DNA from: the human T2T-CHM13v2.0 reference genome, Homo sapiens
Strand: one strand, 5' to 3'
Assembly: GCF_009914755.1 (NCBI RefSeq)
Contig: NC_060934.1
DNA length: 64,000 nt
The notes beneath the pieces were generated by a model. The model was given only the letters and a program-made list of their open reading frames with translations. It was not told where the DNA came from and did no database searches. Made by a program: the position numbers and the translations under genes. This document shows, one piece after another, positions 53,599-64,000 of this stretch. Every line of letters begins with the position of its first letter. Position 1 is the stretch's first letter.

Positions 53599-54198
53599 TA
53601 GATGCTCCTCAACTTACAGTGGGGTTACATCCCAAGAAACCCATTGTAAGTTGAAAATATCCTAAGTCAAAAACACATTTAATACATCTAACCTACTGAT
53701 ATGGTTTGGCTCTGTGTTCCTACCTAAATTTCATCTCAAATTATCCCCCCGTGTCAAGGTAGGAACCTGGTGGGAGGTGATTGGATTATGGGGTGGTTTT
53801 CCTCAAGCTGTTCTCGTGATAGTGAATGAGTTCTCACAAGAGCTGATGGTTTTATAAATGTTTGACAGTTCCTTCTTCACACTTGTTCTCTTGTCTGCTG
53901 CCATGTAAGATGTGTCTGCTTCCTCTTCTGCCATGATTGTCAGTTTCCTGAAGCCTCCCTAACCATGCAGAACCGTGAGTCAATTAAACCTTCTTTTCTT
54001 CATAAGGTTACCCAATCTTGGGCAGCTATTTGTAGCAGTGTGAACATGAACTAATACACCCACAAATACACATAGAAAACGAACTAATACACCTACATTA
54101 GTACACTAATACACGAACACACTATAGCTTAGCCTAGCCTACCTGAAACATGCTTAGATCACTTACGTTAGCCTAGAGTTGGGAAAAATCATGTACTA
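53599..54198 (+). mobile_element. MER47A/Tigger5-family DNA transposon, split by THE1 and right-truncated
   Basis: After TA: (c)agatgctcctcaacttacagtggggttacatccc; resumes cgaacac ... tagcttagcctagcctacc at 54114. Confidence 0.85.
53697..54058 (+). mobile_element. THE1 (THE1D-like) MaLR solo LTR
   Basis: tgatatggtttggctctgtg ... gagtcaattaaacc ... gaactaataca; left TSD CCTAC at 53692-53696. Confidence 0.94.
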
Positions 54199-54217
54199 AT
54201 ATTAAAAGTGATTTGCC

Positions 54218-54533
<316 letters not shown>

Positions 54534-54549
54534 CTACAATATTGCAATA

Positions 54550-54772
54550 TAGTTATCCTTATTATATGTAGTGGATTGGTTCTAGGACCAACCCCCCACC
54601 ATATATACCAAACTCTGTGCATACTCAGGTCCTGCTATTGACCCTGTAGAATCTATGCATGTGGAAAGTATACAGAAGTTTCATGTGTATTTTAAATCTG
54701 CATTTGGTTGAAAAACATCCACATATAAATGCACCCACACGATTCGAACCTTTGTTGTTTAAGGATCAACTC
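54550..54772 (-). mobile_element. MER8 (Tigger-family) non-autonomous DNA transposon
   Basis: ggattggttctaggacc ... tataccaaactctg ... tgttgtttaaggatcaact; TA at the left flank. Confidence 0.75.
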
Positions 54773-56844
54773 AATTTGTATTTGTCTGTATATTTACCTT
54801 TAGCAATGAGTTTTTTATGTTCTTATGTAGTCTTGTTGTGGTTTAGCATGTTTTATTTCAAGTTGAAAAACTTCCTTCAGCATTTCTTGGTAAGGCAAGT
54901 CTGATAATGATCTCCCTCAACTTTTATTTGTCTGGAAAAGTCTCTTCATTTTTGAAGGACATTTTTGCTGAGTATAATATTCTTGGTTGCTAGTTGCTCT
55001 TTTTAATTTTGTGTTTTTAAATTTGTTTTGTTCTTTCATATCTTTCAATATATTATTACATTTCTTCCTGGCCTGCAAGTTTCTGTTAAAAAAAATTCAT
55101 GGATAGTCTTGTGGAGATGTTCTCGAAAGTGGCAAGTGATTTTTTTCTTGCTGCTTTCAAAATTTTTTCTTTGTCTATCAGTTTTACTGATTCTAATGTG
55201 TCTTAGTGTGGATTTCTTTGAATTCATTTAATTTATTATCTTTTGAGTTTCCTAGATTTGGATATCCACTTTCTTATCCAGATTTGCAAATATTTTAGCC
55301 ATTATTTCTTTGAATACACTTTCCAGCCATTTCTCCCTTTCTTCCTTATTTTACTTCCATACACGCATATTGGTCCACTTAATGGTGTCCTATAAGTCCT
55401 TTAAGCTTTCTTCACTTTTTTCCCTCTTTTTCCTTTTATTTATTTTATTAATCCTCTTCCTCAGCTCCATGATTTTTGTTTGGTACTTTAAAAATATTAC
55501 TATCTATTTTTTGATATTGTAAATACTCACATATTGTTCTTCTAACCTTGCTGTCCTCAGCAGTTATTTTGAAATCTCTTTCATATAAACTATAATAACT
55601 CCATTTCATGAGGGTCAATTTCTAGATATTTATTCTGTGTCTTTGTTTGGGTCACATTTCCCTGTGTCTTCATTTTCCTTGACTCTCTATGTTGGTGTCT
55701 GCACATAAGACAAAACACCCACCTTTCAAGTCTCCAAAGAGTGGACTTTTACAAAATAAGACCCTCACCAATTAGCCTGGCCAGAGATTCTGGGGGCCTC
55801 TCCAAACTTCATGGTGGTTCAGCTTGCTTTCTTTGTTGTTAGTGGCCTACTGTGGTCTGGAGAATGCTGCATTTCATTAGTTCTCCAAGATAAGCAAGAA
55901 TAAAGAAAATTCCTTAGGAAAGCCCCCTCAAATTTAAATTTTTGGATACTCTGCCCAAATCGCTCCCTCCCCAAAGAGAAGTTAGTATCTGGAGTTGAGA
56001 TATTACCTTTTTGCTATGGATTCACTAGTGGGGAAGGGCTGTGGCGGCTAGTTGTGTACTAGGTCCAACTATTAACTCTGTTCTCACTGACCCCCAAGTG
56101 GCTAGATTATGTTGGGTCCTATCAACACTCTGAGACAGACTAGACTGAAGCCAGTTCTCTGAGTAACCCCTGGAAATGTAGGGTAAAAGGTACACAGCCC
56201 ATCTCTTTCCCTCCTCATGGAGAAGCTGGAAGTTAGGTTATTTTCTTCCATTGAGCTGAAAGGAGCAGCTCTAGTGACTGCCAGCTTAAACCACTGCCTC
56301 TGTTCTCTCTTAAGTGGCTAGGTTATTTCAGATCCCATCAGTGCTGCAAGATGGGCTAGACAGAAGGCACTCCTATGGTTAGCTCCCAGAAAAGTTAGGT
56401 CATTGGATGCAGTCTACTCTTTCCTTCCTCAGGAAGAAGCTGAGTGTTGGGGGGTTTCCTCCTAATTGTATGGCACTGTGCCAAAGGTAAGGAGTATAGT
56501 AATATGGTGTTTAAATTATCCCTACTCCCTTCAATTTGGGTAGTTTTGTTCTCATCCAGAATTTAAGAGAACTCTGGTTCTACTAGTTTCTAGATTTCTC
56601 ACAAAGATAATTTGTTCATAAATTTTTGCTGAATAGGTATGTTTGTAGGGGAAAGGAGGGTCCAGGCCTTCTTATGCTACCATCTTGCTGATGTTCCAAG
56701 CAAAAAGTGGTTTCAGTATGTTTAAATGCTGTGCTGCATAAAGAGGGAATGTTTGAAGAAATGAGAGAAGTAGGAAATAAATGAAAGCTTGGGGTTCTTA
56801 AGAAGATGAGAAGAAACAGGATGCAGAACACAGGCAGAGGGATT

Positions 56845-59718
56845 GTTTTATTTTATAAAAGGAATTTATTTATGTATTATTTTCATTGAGATATATTGTG
56901 CATGTTATACACACTGCTATTTTATAATTTTTCCATGGCTATTAAACCATCAACATTATGTGAAACTTGAATATTTTCATCAGCAGCAAAAGAAACCAAC
57001 CATTAATGGACATCCACTATACTCTCTTACTCTATTTTCTAGTGAACACCTATCTACTTTCTTTTTCTATAGATTTGCTTCTTCTGGGTACTTCATATAA
57101 ATGAAATCTCACTGTATCTGGTTATTTAAATCAGTGCAGTGTTTTAAAGTGTCATTCATATTGTAGCTTGTAACATTGCTTCACTCATTTTTAATCAGGC
57201 AGTATAATATGCCATTATATGAATATATCATTTTTTCATCCATTCAGTTGATGGACATTTTTCTTATGTTTACTATATGAAAAAAATTCATTATTATGAA
57301 TAAGGCTGCTGTGGAAATTGTTTACTGGTATTTGAGTAAGTTTTCAATTATCTTGTTAATGTAAATAGGAATGAAATTGATGGGATAATGATTTTATTTT
57401 TAACTTTCTGAAGGAATGCCAAAATGTTTTTAAAGTGCTTGGACCATTTTACATTTGCACGTCCAATGCAGGAGGGTTCCAATTTTCCCACATTTTTTCA
57501 ACTCCTATTATCCACCTTTTTTATCATAGCCATCATAGCAGATGTGAAGTGGTATCTCATTGTGGGTTTGTTTTGAACTTCTCTAAACATTAATATTACA
57601 TTTGCTTATTGGATAGTAGTATATTTATATTGGAAAAAGTCTATTTAAATTATTTGTTCAATTTCTAATTATTTATCTTTTTGTTGTTCAGTTGTAAGTG
57701 TTCTTTATATATACTTATACAACTCTTAATAATGGAATATGTTCTTTGAAATGCATCTTTAGGCAATTAAGTCCCTGTGAAAACATCGTAGAGTGTATTT
57801 CCACCAACTTAGTATAGCCTACTACACATCTAACGTTTATGTTATAGCTTATTGTACCTAGGCCGCTAACCTGTACAATATGTTGCAGTACTGAGTACTG
57901 TAGGCAATTGTAAAACAATGGTTAAGTATTTGTGAATCTAATCATCTAAACATTGAAAAGGTACAGTAAAATGTGGTTAAAAAAAGGAAAGATGAAAAAT
58001 TGTATACCTCTCTATAGTATTTACCATGAAGAGAGCTTACAGGACTGGAAGTTGCTTGCTCTGGGTAAGTCAGTGAGTGTGTATTGAGTAAATGTGAAGA
58101 CATAGGACATTATTGTACAAAAATGTAGACTTTATAAACACTGTGCTTAGGCTACACTGTGTTTATAAAACTATTTTTCTTTCTTCAATAATAAATTAAC
58201 CTTAGCTTATTGTTACCTTTTTATTTATAAATATTAAAAAAACCTTTGTATCTTTTGCAATAACACTTAGCTTAAAACACATTCTGCAGCTGCATAAAAT
58301 GTTTTTCTCATCCTTATTCTTTAAGCTTTTTTCTATGTTTAATATTCTTATTTAACTTTTTAAACTGTTTTTATTAAAAACTAAGGCACAAGCACGGCAT
58401 TAGCCAAGGCCTACACAGGAACAGGATTATCAATATCACTGTATGTCTTGTCCCATTGGAAGCTCTTCGGGGCAATTACATGCATGGAGCTGCCATCTTC
58501 TATAATAACAATGCCTTCTTCTAAAATATCCCCTGAAGAATATTCCTGAAGCTATTTTACAGTTAAGTTTTTTATAAGTAGAATGAGTGAACTCTAAAAT
58601 CACAATAGAAAATATAATATAGTGAATACATAAATCAGTAACAGTCATTTATTATCATTATCAAATATGATACACTGTACATATATACTGTACATATGTA
58701 TGTGCTATACTTTTATATAACTGGCAGCACAGATTTGTTTACACCAGCATCACCACATCATGTGAGAAATGTATTGTGCTATGATGCTATGATGGCTATG
58801 ATATCATGAGGCAATTAGAATTTTTCAGCTCCATTATAATCTTATGGGATCATCATTGTATAGGCATTATATCATTGACCAAAATGTCATTAAACAATGC
58901 ATGACTATAATCCTGATGCCTGATGCATAACAGACACATGATTTGACAATATTTTCTCTTCTTCTGAGGCTTGTCTTTCACTTTCTTGGATGTCCATTTT
59001 GAAGGATAAAATATTTTATTTTTGATGGAGTCCAATTCATCTATTTTTTGGTTGATTTGTCAATTTTTTTAACCTTTTCAAAGAACTGACTTATTTGTCT
59101 TTATTTCCTCTATTGTTTTTCTATTTTTTATTTACTTTTGCTTTTATAATTACTGTGTTCTTACTTCTGGTTGCTTTAGATTGCTTTTTCTTCTTTTTTA
59201 GTGTGTAACTGAAAAAGTTAAGATTTAAGTTTAGAATTTTTCATTTTAGATTTTAATTTTTTAAATATAAACATTTATAGCTATAAATTTCACTGAATAT
59301 TCTAAATTTGGATATACTATGTTTTCATTTTCATTTATCTCAAAGTACTTTCTAATTCCTTTGTGACTGGTTCTTTAATTATTTAGGAGTAATATTTAAT
59401 TCCATGTATTTGTGAGACCCTCAAGTTTTCCTCTAATATTGATTTCTAATTTCATTTTCTGGTTGTCAGCAAACATTTTTTGCATAATTTCAATCATTTT
59501 AAATTTTGCCAAGGCTTGTTTTATGGCCTAAATATAGTCTACTCTGGAGAATGTTCCATGCATGTGTGCTGGAGAAGAATGTATATATTCTGTTGTTTTG
59601 TTTTGTTTTGTTTTGTTTTTTGATGGCTCTAGTGTTCTATATATGTCCGTAAGGTCAAGCTGGTTTACAGAGTTGTTTAAGTCTTCTGTTTCCTTCCTAA
59701 TCTTCTGTCTGATTGTTC
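56845..59718 (-). mobile_element. L1MB-type LINE interrupted by Tigger3b, with internal deletion near 59060
   Basis: aatattttcatcagcagcaaaagaaacc ... tcatataaatgaaatc ... gtgaagtggtatctcattgtgg; continuity ttctttatata|atcctgat across the transposon. Confidence 0.82.
57712..58907 (-). mobile_element. Tigger3b (Golem/MER7) DNA transposon, ~1.2 kb
   Basis: atagcctactacacatcta ... tactgtaggcaattgtaaaacaatgg ... ccattataatcttatggga ... gcatgact; TA flanks. Confidence 0.9.
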
Positions 59719-60017
59719 TGAAAATGTCTTTTCAATTTTTAAGATTTCGCTTTCATTTTAAACTAGTTTCTCACAGTGTGATATTTCTGATAGGCCTGGT
59801 ATCCATTATAACTTCTATAGACTATGCCAATGATGTTATTACGAGGATTATGGTATCATGATACTAACAATAAACAGTATTAATATCAGCTGCTTTTTAA
59901 TCATGCCTTACGATAAGAGTTTTTAAGATAAGAGTTTTCTTATGACAAATAATGATGATGGCAAGGGAAAATTCTAATTCTGAAACTATGTCCTTGTATA
60001 GTCCGTGATATCTATAA

Positions 60018-60324
<307 letters not shown>

Positions 60325-61184
60325 TGGAAATCGGCTTTTAAAAAATAGTCTTAAAAAGCTCTAAGGAGGGGTTGGAGAAACAACTATTAAATATTAGTTT
60401 TCCTTGAATAGCTGTTGCTGCCACTTTAACAACTGGTTGGAGTACAGAATTAGCGCAATGACATCCGCTATTAAACAATATCAGCCTAATATTAATATGA
60501 AGATACATATCAGACACAGCAGACGACTCTTCTTCAGTTTATTTCCCTGATAAACATGGCCAATGCTTTTCACATGTTATATAGGAGAGAACAGATTACA
60601 GTTTGCAGTTATGATTGCCTTCAGCTCCAGAGAGAAAAGAAGTTACTGTGGCTTAAAATTGCATGTAGCCATCTATACAGTAAATGGTCTTATCACTAGA
60701 TTCAATGTATGACATGAATTAAATGATTCAAAACGCACTTCTAAGAGAGAGATGGTAATGTTTTGCCTTTAATTTTTAGTATTTTTTTCAGCTAAAAGAT
60801 TTTTGCTGTTTTTATGAAAAATATCATTTTGCCTTTTAGATTCCTCTTTGTTCAAAATAAAAAATAAAGATATCTCTCTTTCCAAAATACTTTCATAGAA
60901 AAGGTGATGGCCCAAAGCTAAAGAGGAGAGGGAGTAGTAAGTTCCTGAAAACTGAAGAGTGACTTGACACCTGCAGTGTCCTCTGGCTAAGTGACTGGGA
61001 GGTTAGTTACCTGGGCCCATGAATTGTGAATTGTAGCCTAGGAGACTCCTTCCCAAGGCACTGTCCAATAGCTCTCTTGGAGATGACTACCACTGGCTTC
61101 CTTGCTGGTCTCCATACTCAATTTTTCATAAGATTGCAGGATCTTTTGGTGAACTTATTGGACTCTTGTCTTATCTTCCCCAAG

Positions 61185-61260
61185 ATCATTTTTTTTCGCC
61201 CATCGTAGATCTTTTTATATGTATCATTTTTTTCCTCCAGTCATAGATCTTTTTATATGT
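61185..61260. repeat. 38-bp tandem duplication
   Basis: atcattttt...tagatctttttatatgt x2 (61185-61222, 61223-61260). Confidence 0.9.
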
Positions 61261-61699
61261 GTTTGTTCTCTGGCTGCACATACCGGGGCTACCATGCTTC
61301 AATTGCCTTCACAATCATTCATAGTCAAGTGTCTCCACTGAGTGGAAGCCTGACATAGATGGTCACTGGACCTTTAATATCCCTAAATATGACTGCAACC
61401 CCCTGCCCTCCCCAAAACTGCCCAAGACAGGCACGGGGATTTTCTTTCTGCCTGCATGCCCCACTGTGCCACTTCGGTTTCTCATCTGTCTGCTGCTGCT
61501 GCTATAGATTTTACACCCCCCTCCCTCCTCCCACCATAAACCTGCTTGCTCATCTCTATCCAGGGAAGGCTTTATTTTAGCAAAACTGATAGCAGAAATA
61601 AAGAAGAGACAACTTTGACACATTTTTTTTTCTCTACCCCATGACTCCCTTCTATCCCCAAGCTCTTATCTTTACATCTTCTAACCCTCAGGCCTTCTC

Positions 61700-62000
61700 A
61701 CTTCATTTATTTATTCCTTCTTTTCTTCATTTATTCCATAAACATTCATTAAACATGTCAATGTGCTTGGTATAGAATGGTGAATGAGAAAAAAATTCAT
61801 GTTCTATCAAGATTTATATTCCAGTCAGGAAGGCAGGCAAGAAATAAGTAACTAAGTAAATACATAAATGGCAACATTTAAGGTAATAAGTGCAATGAAT
61901 AAAAATAAAGTAGGGTAAATGAAGGGAGGTAACCAGGCTGGTGGCAACTGTGGCTACGTAGTTTAGATTAGAATAATCAGGAGAGACCTCACAGAGCACT
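61700..62000 (-). mobile_element. L2 LINE 3' end
   Basis: ttcatttattccataaacattcattaaaca ... taagtgcaatgaataaaaataaagtaggg ... atcaggagagacctc. Confidence 0.7.
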
Positions 62001-62224
62001 TCTCATCAACCCATAGATCTTATCCTGCTGGATTCCCAAAGCCCCTTTCATCATTCATCAAGTGGAAGAATTTGAAGTAAAATGGAAGATAAGTTCCTAG
62101 TATTAGAGGTAGAAACTTGAGATTCATTATCCACTAAATATTGTTCTGCAGTGGGGTAGAGGTTTTGTAGCAATTCATGCCAGCTGCTTATATAACATCC
62201 ATTATCTTCTTCCATAACAGAATA

Positions 62225-63080
62225 CCACTTTTTCTTAAAAAGTAACAAAGATACAACAATGTATACATCATAAGTACACAGTTTAATGAATGAATGCATG
62301 ATGAACACACTTATTTATCCATCTCCTCTCAGACTTTCTTTTGTCTTGTCCTAATCATCATTCACTCTGTTCTTGACAAAGTTACACTTAATTTTTACTT
62401 TGAATACAATTGATAGTTTTTGCCTCTTCTGAATTTTAAAAGATATGATACATTTTGCATTATTTTTGTCTTTGGCTATTTTTGCTTAATATTATATTGG
62501 TGAGATTTTCTCAAGTGGTTACATATATAGGAGATTTACTCATTTTTATTGAAATATGGTATTCTCTTATGTGAATATAAAGACACTTATTTAGGCATTC
62601 TAATTTAAATGAGCATTTTCATTTTTATTCCGATTTGGGAGATACAATAGTACTACTTTGAACATTCTTGTACATGTCTTCTGGTTAAAAAGGTGTATGT
62701 ATTCTGTTTTTATATGTCAGTAATGAAATGCTGGATCATAATTTATACATATGTTCAATACTGATTGTACTAATATAAATGCTTCTGAGCAGTTTATGAG
62801 TTTCTGCTGGTCTACATCTTTACTAGCATTTGGTATTGACAAACTTTTTAACTGTAGCCATTTCAAGTTGATAATATTTCATATAGTTATTATCCATTTT
62901 GATATCATTAAAGTGACTATTCAAATTTCTTATCTATTTTTCTATTGCATTTTTTTTATTTATCAGAAGTTCTTCATACATTCTTGGAAAGCAAAGCCTT
63001 TTGTTGTTTATAAATACAGAAAATACCATTTTTTTCCATATATAGAGACGCCTTTAATTCTGCTAATGGTATCCTTAAGT
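62225..63080 (-). mobile_element. L1ME-type 3' region
   Basis: aagtacacagtttaatgaat ... ctttgaacattcttgtacatgtcttctgg ... ctggatcata ... aaactttttaactgtagccatt. Confidence 0.75.
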
Positions 63081-64000
63081 AAACATAGGATTTGTGGCAC
63101 ATGAACTCTTCTGTATGTAGGTATTTATTTCTTGTACTATTTGCTAACACAAGTCACAGCTGTAGGAAAAAATAATTCTGAGATGAGAATTTGGTCTATT
63201 TTTTATACAGATTAATTTCATATTTTATGACTCAACAACTAAAAATATTAGCCTCAAGTTTTTAATCTCATCCATACTCCTTTCATAACTAGACATAATA
63301 CTACCTAAATTTACTGGTTTTGCTCAAATAAGGGCTTTATAAAACATTATTATTTTCTAATAACATTGTTCTCTAGCTTAGTTCTTATGAAATATGAGTA
63401 CCTTTTTCTTAGGGATAAACACGTCTATTTTATTGGAAATCCTGTGAAAGTGTGAAGTCAAACTTCAGGGTTTGAGATTGGTGACCTGTTCAGAGGATTC
63501 TTATCAACCTGAATCTCATTCTGGGGTGAATTTTTACTACAGGAAACAAAAATACTTCTTTCATTTAGCCAACAGTGCAAGAAACGTAAACATTCCAAGA
63601 GCAAAGGAAAAGCAAATTAAAACAAACAAACACCAGTTCTTTTCTATGCTAGGGATTATGTCATAAAATCAGAAAGATCTTTAAAGGTAGATGGTTTCCC
63701 TCATTTTGAATTTCAGATGTTTTAGGAAAATTATCTTTTCACATTTGGGAACAATCCTAAAAGGAAACCCCTACTACAGTGTAGATAACCCTTATCTGAA
63801 GCTACTTTCTTTATCTTACAGTTTGTATGTGAACATCTACTAGGATTGGAAAAATGTAATGGAGTCGAGAAGCAGGAGGCACAGAGAACAAACTGTGATC
63901 AGTTCAGTCCAGATCAGTAAATGGGCAACAGTTTAAAATTGTTGGGTTCAGAGGAAGATCATTTCAAATGGAACCAGAAATAACTTGAAGTTCAGGAAAG

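Overview
AT-rich, CpG-poor primate genomic DNA, probably human or another ape/catarrhine (AluJ/AluS, THE1, L1PA-type sequence). I found no convincing protein-coding gene, RNA gene, CpG island or CRISPR-like array. The ORFs I could assign are transposon remnants or microsatellite artefacts, and the rest resemble nothing I recognise. Roughly half or more of the window is transposon-derived: a decayed ERVL gag-pol fossil (1-2960, -), a two-LTR MER4-group/MER66-like ERV1 provirus (12345-19416, +) nested in the last bases of an MLT1 LTR, three large old L1M elements on the minus strand (35.8-43.9, 52.0-56.7 and 56.8-59.7 kb), solo LTRs (MLT2, MLT1, MER4, THE1), Tigger-family DNA transposons, 8 Alu/FLAM copies and many MIR/L2 fragments. 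I do not see a novel biological system. The most unusual structure is at 41.2-44.6 kb: two internal, poly(A)-less L1PA ORF1 fragments of different ages sit in and beside one old L1MA in inverted orientation with microhomology junctions. Also notable are a templated, repeated junction at a THE1 LTR end, an Alu tail replaced by a (TG)n seeded from its TSD, and a candidate 39-nt cassette exon downstream of the provirus. Subfamily names come from recalled consensus motifs, not a database search. Boundaries without a stated TSD are approximate (about +/-20-50 bp).
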